The position numbers and the translations under genes were made by a program. DNA of 64,000 nt. It comes from Candidatus Dormiibacterota bacterium (GTDB taxonomy: Bacteria; Chloroflexota; Dormibacteria; DASZGP01). The notes under the pieces are model-generated. The model searched no databases. It was not told the origin of the DNA and worked only from the letters and a program-made list of their open reading frames with translations. Below, in pieces: positions 15,427 to 24,309 of the stretch (the first letter of the stretch is position 1; every line of letters begins with the position of its first letter). The stretch lies in the NCBI GenBank assembly GCA_036741395.1, contig DAINSI010000001.1, positions 14,999 to 78,998 on the forward strand, in the 5' to 3' direction.

Positions 15427-16455
15427 GTGCACCAGGTCCACGTCGGTCGCACCCAGGTCGTATTTGTATTTCTCATCGCCGCGCAGGAAGTCCAGCTCCT
15501 CCAGGCCGGCCTCGATGGCCAGCCGGATCTCCTCACTCATCAGCACCAGGCCGGGGCTGAGGCTGAGCATCCCGGGCTCGTACCCCGAGTTGTAGAGCAG
15601 GAGCTTGTTGCCATAGACGAAGCCCAACACCGCCGCCACCGGGCGGTCCTGGTGGACCAGCAGGCGGAGGCAGAGCCAGCCCTCCTCGAGCAGGTGCAGA
15701 CAGATGTGCCGGAAGAACCGCTGGACGTCGGGGGTGAGGAAGTCGGCCTTGGCCCGGGTGCTGGCGGCGTGGAGGCGGAAGAACGCCTCGAGGTCCTCCT
15801 CCAGGCTCGCGGCGTCGGACTCCTTGACGGTCCAGCCGCCCGCATCCTCGAGGCGCCGGCGCTTGCGCCGGAGTTCGTGGCGGTCCTTCTTACGCAGAGT
15901 GGCGAAGTAGGCCTCGAAGGCGCCCGGCAGGGTGATCCGCGGGCTGACCTCCTCGTTCTCGATGTTGTAGCGCCGATCCATGTCCCGCGCCGCCTGCGTC
16001 AGGGCGGCCAGGGTGACGCCGTCGGAGCGCAGGAAATGGAGGTCCAGGACCAGGCCCGGTGACTCCAGGCAGTGCTCCAGGAAGGCGCGCCCAACCGCTT
16101 CCTCGTAGCCCCCCTCGACCAGGAATCCGGTGTAGTCCGTCACCTCCAGGCCGCCGCCGAAGCGGACCACCGGGAATCCCCCCGCCTGCTTGCGGTAGGT
16201 CGAGGCCAGGCCGACCATTCGGTCCTGGTGACGGAAGGCCAGCAGGTGGAGGTCGGCGTCGCCACCGAGCTCACGCCACCAGGCGTGCTGCCAGTGGTGG
16301 GTCATGAAGATGTTGTCCTCGGCCGACCGCCGCTCGAGGTCCTCCCACTCGGTGCGCAGGTCATCGAAACCTGAAGCGTCGCGGTGGACCTCCGTGGTGA
16401 TTTCTCCCACGGCAAGCCGGCGGCCGGCGCCCTGGAATTCGGCGGCGGCACCCAT
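15406..16455 (-). CDS. GNAT-fold acyltransferase, CelD/BcsL (FemAB-like) type
   Basis: The ORF runs to 16515. The ATG at 16455 (MGAAAEFQG...) is preferred because it avoids overlap with the divergent GT28 gene. FMTHHWQHAWWRELG and the overall architecture are typical of the CelD-like GNAT family. Confidence 0.7.
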   Translation of the reverse strand: MGAAAEFQGAGRRLAVGEITTEVHRDASGFDDLRTEWEDLERRSAEDNIFMTHHWQHAWWRELGGDADLHLLAFRHQDRMVGLASTYRKQAGGFPVVRFGGGLEVTDYTGFLVEGGYEEAVGRAFLEHCLESPGLVLDLHFLRSDGVTLAALTQAARDMDRRYNIENEEVSPRITLPGAFEAYFATLRKKDRHELRRKRRRLEDAGGWTVKESDAASLEEDLEAFFRLHAASTRAKADFLTPDVQRFFRHICLHLLEEGWLCLRLLVHQDRPVAAVLGFVYGNKLLLYNSGYEPGMLSLSPGLVLMSEEIRLAIEAGLEELDFLRGDEKYKYDLGATDVDLVHLTVELA

Positions 16456-16480
16456 GCCAAGTATCCTACGCACCGAACCG

Positions 16481-17638
16481 ATGGCGCCCCGGATCCTCTT
16501 CCTCTTCTCCGACACCGGTGGGGGTCACCGGGCGTCGGCCAACGCCGTCAATCGGGCCCTCGAGCTGGAGTATCCCGGGCGCTTCGAGGTCGAGCTTCTC
16601 GACCCCTTCGTGCAGGGCGGGGGTCCGCTGCTGGGCTGGATCGTCTACCGCTACAACTTCATGCTCAAGCACCTGCCGCGGACGTACGGCTTCATCTTCC
16701 ACGCCACCAACAACCGCGCCGTGATGCGCCTGGCGATCCGCATGTTCGGCCACCAGGTACGACCCGGCATGAAGCAGCGCATCCAGGAGATGCGGCCCGA
16801 GGGGATCGTCTCCTTCCACCCCCTGACCAACCACGTGACCGTCGAGGTGATGGACGAGGTGGGGCTGAAGGCGCCCTTCATCACAGTGGTCACGGACATG
16901 GTCGACCTGCACCGCTTCTGGCTGACGCGCCGCGCCGACCTCGTTGTCGTCCCCTCCGCCGAGGCCCGCCGCTACTGCATCAAGGTCGGCCTGGATCCCC
17001 GCCGGGTCTACGTCGAGGGTCTCCCCGTGAACCCCAACTTCAGCGGCCCGGCAACGCAGGCGGAGCGCCGGGAGATGCGCCAGAAGCTGGGCTTCGAGGA
17101 CCGGCCCACGCTGCTGCTGGCGGCCGGGGGCGAGGGCGCCGGCCGGCTGGGCGCGTTTGCCAAAGCCCTCGACAACGCGGACCTCGGGCTCCAGTTGATC
17201 GTCGTCTGCGCCCGCAACGAGAAGCTGCGCAAGAAGCTCGCCGCCCGCCGGTGGAAGGGCCCGGTGCACGCGCTCGGCTTTGTCGAAAACATGCCCGAGC
17301 TGATGCGCGCCGCCGACGCCATCGCGTCCAAGGCCGGCCCGGGCACCATCACCGAGGCGCTGGTCAGCGGGCTGCCGATCTTCCTCACCGGCTTCGTCCC
17401 CGGCCAGGAGGAGGGCAACGTCCGCTATGTGGAGGAACAGGGGGTCGGCTTCTACACCCCCAGCCCGCGCAAGCTGGTCAAGGCCATCCGTGAACACATG
17501 ATCGCGGACCCGCCGGCCTTCGACCGCATGCGCGGCCGCGCCGAGAAGGTCGCCCAGAAGGATTCATCGGTCGAGATCGCGCAGCTGATCGCGGCCACCG
17601 TCGACCCCAACCTGCCCCGAAGCGACGACCTCGACTGA
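16481..17638 (+). CDS. MGDG synthase/UgtP-like (GT28) diacylglycerol glycosyltransferase
   Basis: Track ORF 16304-17638 was trimmed to the ATG at 16481, giving 385 aa. The N-terminus reads ILFLFSDTGGGHRASANAV, and the C-terminal GT-B motif reads SKAGPGTITEALVSGLPIFL...GQEEGN. Confidence 0.8.
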   Translation: MAPRILFLFSDTGGGHRASANAVNRALELEYPGRFEVELLDPFVQGGGPLLGWIVYRYNFMLKHLPRTYGFIFHATNNRAVMRLAIRMFGHQVRPGMKQRIQEMRPEGIVSFHPLTNHVTVEVMDEVGLKAPFITVVTDMVDLHRFWLTRRADLVVVPSAEARRYCIKVGLDPRRVYVEGLPVNPNFSGPATQAERREMRQKLGFEDRPTLLLAAGGEGAGRLGAFAKALDNADLGLQLIVVCARNEKLRKKLAARRWKGPVHALGFVENMPELMRAADAIASKAGPGTITEALVSGLPIFLTGFVPGQEEGNVRYVEEQGVGFYTPSPRKLVKAIREHMIADPPAFDRMRGRAEKVAQKDSSVEIAQLIAATVDPNLPRSDDLD

Positions 17639-17654
17639 CGACCCGCCGCCGTGG

Positions 17655-20543
17655 TCACATCGCGGCGTCGCAGACCAGGCGGAAGTCGCAGCGGGCGCAC
17701 TTCCAGGGTGAGGGCTGGGGCGCGAAGTCCCCGGCGATGATCCCGGCGGCGAGGTCGCCGGCGCGCTCCTGGTCGGCCTGCAGCTGCGAGGTGGTCTTGA
17801 GCACCTCGACCTCGATGGCGTCCTCCAGGTAGCAGATCGCCAGCGTCACCGGCCGCAGGCCGAAGACCTGCTCGGCAGCGATGGCGTAGAGCCCCAGCTG
17901 GAGGTCGCGCTCCAGCTGCCACTCGTCCTTGACCTCGCCGGTCTTGTAGTCGATCAGGCGGAAGCCATTCCTGGCGCGGTCGATGCGGTCGATGCGGCCG
18001 CGCAGGCGGAAGCCCGGCAGGCTGAGGTTGAAGGGCTGTTCGGGCGCCACGTGGAGGCTGCGGCCGTCGAGGCGGCCGCGCCGGTGCAGCGCGGCGATGA
18101 AGTCCCGACCGCGTTGCTGCCAGAGGTCGAGGTTGACGGGGTCGCAGAAGCGCTCGGTGGCAAACGCGGCGTCAAAGATGGATGTCGCTCGCGCCAGCTC
18201 GGGCTGGCCGTCGATCGCCTCCTGGAGGATCAGGTTGAGGGCCTGGTGCACCGCCACACCGAACTGCTGCTCGGGGCTGGGGCGGGTGGGGAGGTTGTAG
18301 ATGTTGCGGTACTGGTAGGCGCGCGGACACGTCTGGTAGAGGTCGAGCTGGCTGTAGCTGACGGCCAGCTCGCGGACCTCCGGGTGGTCCATCGGCAGGG
18401 CGGCCTGGGCGACCGGCGCGGGGGGCGCTGCGACCGACGGCTCCAGTTCGGGGGCCAGCGGTTCGACGGTGGTGCCGTCGGGCGCGGGCAGGAAGCCCAT
18501 GTCGGCCATGAAGCGCGAGGGCTTCCACTTCTTGCTGCCCTCGTAACGCTCGGCCGCGCTCAGGAAGAGGAAGTGGCGGGCGCGGGTCACGGCGACGTAG
18601 CAGAGGCGGCGTTCCTCGGCGATGCGGGGGTCCCGGCTGAAGACCTCCTCGACGATCAACTCCTGGGGTAGGGGCAGGGCATCGCCCTGGCTGCGGAAGG
18701 GGAAGCGGTCCTCGACCAGCCCGGGGCAGATCACGGCGCCGAACTCCAGGCCCTTGGCCTGGTGCACGGTCATCAGGTTGACGGCGTCGCGACCGGTGTC
18801 GATGGGGGGGATCGACTGCGTCGACGCCGACACCGAGGCCGACTCCTCGATGGCGTCGAGGTGGGCCATGAAGCCGGCGAGGGTGGCGTCCCCGTCACCC
18901 GACGCCTCACTGAAGCCCTGGGCCATGTCGACGAACTTGTCGATGTTGGCGCCGGCCTGCCGCCGCTGGATCTCGGAGGGGTAGCTGAGCAGGTCGACGT
19001 AGCGGGTGCGCTCGAGGGCGGTGTAGAGGACCTCGTCGGCGCGGTCGCGCAGCGCCTGGTGGCGGACCTGGCGCACCAGCTCAAGCGCGCTGCGCAGCCG
19101 CTCCTGCACCGCGTGGCGCTCCTCGTCCTGGTCGTCACCGGACTGCAGCACCGGCCCGGCGGCGTCCTCCAGCGAGCCCTTGTCGCGGTCGGCGGCACGG
19201 GTCAGCGCCAGGATGTCGTCTCCCGGCAGTTCCACCCCGGGCATCCCCAGCACCCGCGCCGCGGCCTGGGTGTCGGCGGGATCCACGGCCCAGCGCAACA
19301 GCGAGCGCAGGTCCTTGATCTCCGGCTGGTCGAGGAAGCCGCGGCCACCGGACAGCTGGTAGGGGATCCCGGCGCGCTGCAGCGCCCGCGTGTAGGGGCG
19401 GAGCTGGGCGTTGGTGCGCACCAGCACCACGATCTCGCCGGCGGGTTCCGCGCCCGACTCCAGCAGCTCGGCGATGCGCTCGACGGTCCACGCCACCTCG
19501 TGGGCGGCGTCGGGGGCGAGGTAGAGGCGCGCCGGGCCGCCGTCGCGGTCGGATACGACCTCTTTTTGGACGCGCTCCTGGTTCTGCCCCACCAGCCGGT
19601 TGGCGGCGGCGATGATCGGACGGGTCGAGCGGTAGTTGGTCTCCAGGCGGACGATGCGCAGGCCGGGGTAGACCTGGCGGAAGCGTCGCAGGTTGGCCAC
19701 CGAGGCCCCGCGGAACTTGTAGATCGACTGGTCGTCATCCCCGACGACGGCGATGTTGCCGTTCTCGCCGGCGAGCATCTCGACCAGGCGCAGCTGCGAG
19801 AAGTTGGTGTCCTGGAACTCGTCGACCATGACGTGCGTCAGCCTCGCGCGCCAGCGGGCGAGGACGTCGGGGTCGCGCTCGAGCAGGCGCACGCTCCAGT
19901 AGATGGTGTCGTCGAAATCCATCAGGCCGGCCTGGGTCAGCTCGTCCTGGTAGGCGGCGTAGACCGCGGCGACCTGGACCTGGACGTCGGCACCGAGGCG
20001 GCGCTCGCCGACCATGTCGGCGGCGATGCGGTGGTAATCGTCGGGCCCGGCCATCTCCTGCTTGGCGCGCTCCAGCAACTTGAGCAGGTCGGGCGCGACG
20101 TCCCGTGGGCGGGGCAGGCGGTAGAGCTGGTCGGGTCGGAGACGCTCCAGGACGCGGCACATCAGCTGCCAGCGCTCGACGTCGGCGGCGATACGGAACG
20201 GCCGCGGGATGGGCAGGCGATGGCCCTCCTGCTGCAGGAAGCGCAGGGCGAAGGCGTGGAAGGTGCTGACGTAGAGCTCCTGGAAGCCGGTCTGGCAGAG
20301 GGCGCTGATCCGCGCCTCCATCTCCGCCGCGGCCTTGACGGTGAAGGTGAAGACGGCGATGTTGTCGGTGCTCACGCCGGCGCTCAGCAGGTTGAGGAAG
20401 CGATGCGTGATGACGCGGGTCTTACCGGTGCCCGGGCCGGCCAGCACCATCAGCTGACCGGCGAGGTGGTCGCAGGCCTCCTGCTGCTGGGGGTTGAGCG
20501 CGGCGGCCTGGGAGACCTCGGGGGCGATCGACGTCTCGGTCAT
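17655..20543 (-). CDS. UvrD/PcrA-type superfamily 1 helicase fused to a C-terminal PD-(D/E)XK (Cas4/AddB-like, Cys-cluster) nuclease
   Basis: 962-aa ORF. Helicase motifs are LAGPGTGKT, VMVDEFQDTN, VGDDDQSIYKFRGA and VHQAKGLEF. The C-terminal nuclease region has YQTCPRAY, RIDRID, DYKTG and a terminal CARCDFRLVC. Confidence 0.9.
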   Translation of the reverse strand: MTETSIAPEVSQAAALNPQQQEACDHLAGQLMVLAGPGTGKTRVITHRFLNLLSAGVSTDNIAVFTFTVKAAAEMEARISALCQTGFQELYVSTFHAFALRFLQQEGHRLPIPRPFRIAADVERWQLMCRVLERLRPDQLYRLPRPRDVAPDLLKLLERAKQEMAGPDDYHRIAADMVGERRLGADVQVQVAAVYAAYQDELTQAGLMDFDDTIYWSVRLLERDPDVLARWRARLTHVMVDEFQDTNFSQLRLVEMLAGENGNIAVVGDDDQSIYKFRGASVANLRRFRQVYPGLRIVRLETNYRSTRPIIAAANRLVGQNQERVQKEVVSDRDGGPARLYLAPDAAHEVAWTVERIAELLESGAEPAGEIVVLVRTNAQLRPYTRALQRAGIPYQLSGGRGFLDQPEIKDLRSLLRWAVDPADTQAAARVLGMPGVELPGDDILALTRAADRDKGSLEDAAGPVLQSGDDQDEERHAVQERLRSALELVRQVRHQALRDRADEVLYTALERTRYVDLLSYPSEIQRRQAGANIDKFVDMAQGFSEASGDGDATLAGFMAHLDAIEESASVSASTQSIPPIDTGRDAVNLMTVHQAKGLEFGAVICPGLVEDRFPFRSQGDALPLPQELIVEEVFSRDPRIAEERRLCYVAVTRARHFLFLSAAERYEGSKKWKPSRFMADMGFLPAPDGTTVEPLAPELEPSVAAPPAPVAQAALPMDHPEVRELAVSYSQLDLYQTCPRAYQYRNIYNLPTRPSPEQQFGVAVHQALNLILQEAIDGQPELARATSIFDAAFATERFCDPVNLDLWQQRGRDFIAALHRRGRLDGRSLHVAPEQPFNLSLPGFRLRGRIDRIDRARNGFRLIDYKTGEVKDEWQLERDLQLGLYAIAAEQVFGLRPVTLAICYLEDAIEVEVLKTTSQLQADQERAGDLAAGIIAGDFAPQPSPWKCARCDFRLVCDAAM

Positions 20544-20953
20544 GGGGTCGGTCCCATCCGGAAGCGGATGTCGGTGACCACCTTGTCGCCGATGACCTCG
20601 TTGAGCTGGTCGATGATCAGCTGACGCTGGAGGTGGAGTTGGTGGCCCAGCGCGGGGCTGTCGGTCTCCACCGTGACGCGGCCGCGGTTGTACGCCGTGG
20701 GATGGGCGCCCGCGGCCACCGCGTCACCGACGACGCCGGCCCACGCCCCCATGACCTGGAGGTGGCGGGCGCGGGTCTTCAGTCCCAGGCGCGCCAGCGT
20801 GGGCATGATCAGTTCGCCGATCGGCTGGGGGCCGTCATCGCCGCGCACCACCCGGCGCGACCGGGGCAGGGAGTCGAACACCGGCGCGTCCCGCGGGGCT
20901 CGGGGGGTCTTCTGCCGCGCGTCACCGTCGCCGCGGGGCGTCACGCGCTCCAC
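20540..20953 (-). CDS. DUF721 domain protein (DciA-like)
   Basis: 137-aa ORF in the conserved position immediately after recF. VMGAWAGVVGDAVAAGAHPTAYNRGRVTVETDSPALGHQLHLQRQLIIDQLN matches the DUF721 pattern. Confidence 0.7.
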   Translation of the reverse strand: MERVTPRGDGDARQKTPRAPRDAPVFDSLPRSRRVVRGDDGPQPIGELIMPTLARLGLKTRARHLQVMGAWAGVVGDAVAAGAHPTAYNRGRVTVETDSPALGHQLHLQRQLIIDQLNEVIGDKVVTDIRFRMGPTP

Positions 20954-22050
20954 CGCTGCACCCGGCCGCGGGCGACTTCGCGGGTGTTGACGCGCTCCGC
21001 GAAGCCCGCCGGGAAGTAGCCGCTCTCGGCCGAGGTGATGACCGACTGCGGCGATTCCTCGACCGCCTGCAGGAGGTGCTCCCGACGGGGCGCGTCCAGC
21101 TCCGACATGACGTCGTCGAGGAGCAGCACCGGGGCGCGACCACCCGCTCCCAGGACATCCACCTCGGCCAGCTTGAAGGCCAGGATCGCGGTGCGCTGCT
21201 GCCCCTGCGAGGCGTGGGCCGATGCCGTCAGGCCGCCCAGGCGAAACTCGAGGTCGTCGCGGTGAGGCCCGGCCACCGTCACCCCGCGGGCCAGCTCCTC
21301 ACGCTGGCGGGAGCGCAGGTTGGCGGCCAGCGAGGCCGCCGCCTCGTCGCCGAGCGCGACGCTGGGGGCGTAGGCGACGTCGAGGTCCTCGCCCGGGGCC
21401 ACCTCGCGGTAGCGCCGCGCGATCCGCCCCGAGATGTCGTCCACGAACGCCGCCCGGCGGTCCATGATGTCGCCGCCCACGCGGCTCAACTCGTCGGTCC
21501 ACCAATCCAGCGCGGAGGGCGGCTCGAGGTCCTCGGCGACCCGCTTGAGCAGCTGGTTGCGCTGCTCCAGGAGGCGGGTGTACCGGCTGAGATTCTCGGC
21601 GTAGGTGCCATCCAGCTGCGTCAGCACTCCGTTGAGCAGCTTGCGCCGCCCCTCCCCCGAACCGCGCAGCAGCACCATCTCCTCGGGGTGGAAGAGCACC
21701 GTGCGCACCAGCCCGCTCACCTTCTGCGGCGACACCGGCCGCTCGTCCAACCGGATCGTCCGCCTGGTCCGGGTGCTGCCGGGGTCACGCTCCAACCGCA
21801 CCTCGATCGCCCGCGTCTCGCTGCCGGTCTCGAACTCCATCACCACCCGGCCGCCGGCCTGCTCCCACATCACCATCTCGGCCAGCACCGAAGCCCGCGG
21901 TGACCGCGATGTCGCCGCCAGGTAGATCGCCTCGAGCAGGTTGGTCTTGCCCTGCGCGTTGGCCCCCAGGAAGAGGTTGACGCCGGGCGCCAGCTCCACC
22001 GTCTCCTTCATGTAGTTGCGGAAGGCGTAGAGCGATATCGATATCAGCAC
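20941..22050 (-). CDS. recF: DNA replication and repair protein RecF
   Basis: 369-aa ORF with FRNY, GANAQGKTNLLEAIYL (Walker A), SQGQQRT and LLLDDVMSELD. Confidence 0.95.
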   Translation of the reverse strand: MLISISLYAFRNYMKETVELAPGVNLFLGANAQGKTNLLEAIYLAATSRSPRASVLAEMVMWEQAGGRVVMEFETGSETRAIEVRLERDPGSTRTRRTIRLDERPVSPQKVSGLVRTVLFHPEEMVLLRGSGEGRRKLLNGVLTQLDGTYAENLSRYTRLLEQRNQLLKRVAEDLEPPSALDWWTDELSRVGGDIMDRRAAFVDDISGRIARRYREVAPGEDLDVAYAPSVALGDEAAASLAANLRSRQREELARGVTVAGPHRDDLEFRLGGLTASAHASQGQQRTAILAFKLAEVDVLGAGGRAPVLLLDDVMSELDAPRREHLLQAVEESPQSVITSAESGYFPAGFAERVNTREVARGRVQRWSA

Positions 22051-22108
22051 GGGCGAGCGTTCCCCACTACGCTCATACGAACAATTGTACGCCCCTACCG
22101 AAGGGGAG

Positions 22109-22501
22109 TCACCACACCGTTGGCGCGGCGGGGTGACGGTGGGAGCGCAGTCGCTGGTCCTTGGTCACCAACCCCCAGCCGTGCTCGACCGCGGTGGCGT
22201 AGATCAGGCGATCCGCGGGGTCACCCGGGAACGTCTGCGGCAGGGCGACCGCGGCGGCCGCGATCGCGGGCGTGACCGCCAGGGTGCGGACCTGGCCGGA
22301 CAGCCGCCTGAGCCACGCTCCGACCGGTACGGTGAGCCGGACCCGGTCATGGTGGGCCAGCCACGCCAACTCAAACCAGGTGATGTCGGCCACCGCCAGT
22401 TCCTCTGCCGCGTCCACCGCGGCGGCGGCGGTCGCGCTGAGGCGCTCGGGCTCGGCGGACCACCAGTGGAGAACGTGGGTGTCGAGCAGGACCGTGCTCA
22501 A
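22109..22501 (-). CDS. vapC: PIN-domain toxin, VapC family
   Basis: 130-aa ORF. The N-terminus LLDTHVLHWW and the acidic PIN residues are present. It overlaps the upstream antitoxin gene by 4 nt. Confidence 0.85.
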   Translation of the reverse strand: MSTVLLDTHVLHWWSAEPERLSATAAAAVDAAEELAVADITWFELAWLAHHDRVRLTVPVGAWLRRLSGQVRTLAVTPAIAAAAVALPQTFPGDPADRLIYATAVEHGWGLVTKDQRLRSHRHPAAPTVW

Positions 22502-22743
22502 GAGAGATCCCAGGCGGCTCCGGTGCTGAAAATGTCCTCGTCGTCGGCCGACGTCATGGCCACCCCCTGGAGGAGGCCCTTGAGGGAGTGCGGCCCGGTT
22601 GCCGGGACGAGGCGGGCGACCGTGCGGCCGTGCTTGGTGATCTCGACCTCCTCGCCGTCGGCGACCTGGTCGAGAAGTGCCAGCAGCCGGGCGCGGGCCT
22701 CGGTTGCCGTCATATTTTTAGTCATATGTGCACTATAGCGCAC
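22498..22743 (-). CDS. Phd/YefM-type antitoxin
   Basis: MTKNMTATEARARLLALLDQVADGEEVEITKHGRTVARLVPA. The true start is probably the ATG at 22725, which would give a leaderless mRNA, rather than 22743. Confidence 0.8.
   Translation of the reverse strand: MRYSAHMTKNMTATEARARLLALLDQVADGEEVEITKHGRTVARLVPATGPHSLKGLLQGVAMTSADDEDIFSTGAAWDLS
22728..22743 (-). promoter_or_regulatory. Near-palindrome containing a TATAGT -10-like hexamer upstream of the antitoxin ATG
   Basis: GTGCACTATAGCGCAC is palindromic apart from one symmetric mismatch pair. On the minus strand TATAGT (22737-22732) ends 6 nt before the ATG at 22725. Confidence 0.3.
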
Positions 22744-22875
22744 AGTCCTGGCGGTGCACGAGGCGCGCGCCCGGCGTCCACGGTGTCGGGAGGCGCCCCG
22801 GACCGCGCGATAGCAGACGGCCGGGACCGGATGACGCGTCCCGCCCCGTCCCGTCTGTACCCATGGCCCCTTACG

Positions 22876-24021
22876 CTACATAGCGACGCGAACGGGCATG
22901 ATCACGTAGGTGTAGTCGTCCTTCCCGGCGGGTTTCACGACCCCCGGGCTGAGGGGGCCGTTGAAGCTGAGGACGCACTTGTCCGAGCCCAGCAGGCCCA
23001 GGACGTCGAGCAGGTAGCGCGAGTTGAAGGCGATCTGGATGTCGGCGCCCTCGATCTCGGCGCTCACCGATGCCTCGCTGGAGCCCACCTCGCTGGTGGT
23101 CGCGGAGATCGAGATCTCGCCGGCCTCGGTCTTGATGCGGACGACGTTGGCGCTGTCGCGGGCGAAGATGGCCACGGCGCGGGCGCGCTCGTGGAGCTCC
23201 TTGGTCGACAGCGTGATGGTGGTGTTGGCGGGCGCCGGGGGGATCACCTGGGAGTAGTTGGGGTAGGTGCCCTCGATCAGACGGGACATCACCTCGACAC
23301 CCTCGGCCTTGAAGAAGACGTGGTTGCGGGAGCGCCCCATGGCCATCTCCACGCGGCCGTCGCCCTTGAGCACCCGGGCCAACTCCTGCAGCGCCCGGGC
23401 GGGGATGATCACCGAGTCGGCGCCGTCGGCCCCCGGCTCGTTGCCGCTGGATCCCTCGGCCGAAACGGCGCTAAGGGTCTTGACCGCGAGGCGGTGGCCG
23501 TCGGTGGCGGCCAGGGTCAGGGTCTCCGGGCCCAGCTGGGTGTAGACGCCGGTCAGCACCGGGCGGCCCTCGTCACTGCTGGCGGCGACCACGGTCTGCT
23601 CGATCGCGGGGAGCAGCTCAGACTGCTGCAACTCGACCCGCAGCCCATCCTCCCGCGCCGGCAGGGCGGGGAACTCGGCGGGGTCGATGCCCTTGATCTT
23701 GACGTTGTGGTACGGGCCGCAGTTGACGCTTAGGGTCTGGGTTTTGGTGTCCAGCTCGATGTCCATCTGCTTCTCTTTGAGCTGGGCCACGAACTCGGTG
23801 AGGAGCCGGGCCGGCAGGGTCACCGATCCCTCCGAGTGGACCTCGGCGGCGACGTGGTTGACGATGCCGATCTCGAGGTTGGTGCCGGTCAGGCGCAGCC
23901 CCTTGTCCGACGTCTCGAGGAGGACGTTGTTGAGGATCGGCAGGGTGGTCCGGGGACTCACGGCCCGCGAGACCACCTGCAGTGCCTGGCTGAGCGCTTC
24001 GGGCGAACAGGTCAGCTTCAT
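22876..24021 (-). CDS. dnaN: DNA polymerase III beta sliding clamp
   Basis: 381-aa ORF. MKLTCSPEALSQALQVVSRAVSPRTTLPILNNVLLE and the three-domain length match DnaN, and it lies directly downstream of dnaA. Confidence 0.95.
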   Translation of the reverse strand: MKLTCSPEALSQALQVVSRAVSPRTTLPILNNVLLETSDKGLRLTGTNLEIGIVNHVAAEVHSEGSVTLPARLLTEFVAQLKEKQMDIELDTKTQTLSVNCGPYHNVKIKGIDPAEFPALPAREDGLRVELQQSELLPAIEQTVVAASSDEGRPVLTGVYTQLGPETLTLAATDGHRLAVKTLSAVSAEGSSGNEPGADGADSVIIPARALQELARVLKGDGRVEMAMGRSRNHVFFKAEGVEVMSRLIEGTYPNYSQVIPPAPANTTITLSTKELHERARAVAIFARDSANVVRIKTEAGEISISATTSEVGSSEASVSAEIEGADIQIAFNSRYLLDVLGLLGSDKCVLSFNGPLSPGVVKPAGKDDYTYVIMPVRVAM

Positions 24022-24309
24022 GACTTACACACCCATCCCATTTAAGTGACCGCCTGCAGATTAACTATTCGTAGTAGGGATAGGGCGGTGTACAACTGGG
24101 AAAAGCCCCGCTTCCGTATTCCGAATCCCGACAAATTATAGGTCGCGATGCTGTGGACGGCGGCGCTACAAAAGTTCGTAAGTCGGGGCCCGGGGGAGGT
24201 TGTTGGACGCCCGCACAGCTTCTCCCCCGTTTCCAACAGTCGCGCCTGTGGCCTCGATCGCCGGGTGGGGTGCTGGTAAGTGATGAGTGCGTCGGTGTCG
24301 GCCATCATG
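24022..24309. other. dnaA-dnaN spacer with locally AT-rich stretches and weak DnaA-box-like words (possible oriC or DUE component)
   Basis: 24040-24150 is about 50% GC by eye, against about 70% background (TTTAAGTGA, AGATTAACTATTCGTAGTAGGGATAGG, ACAAATTATAGG). Only degenerate boxes are present, such as TGTGGACGG at 24152-24160. Confidence 0.35.

Noticed and set aside
22744-22875. Possible terminator hairpin or insertion scar between dnaN and the antitoxin gene (CAGACGG...CCGTCTG at about 22814-22858)
   Set aside because: Only the outer 7 bp pair cleanly and the interior is imperfect. There is no U-tract, and no direct repeats flank the TA module, so neither a terminator nor an att site can be supported.
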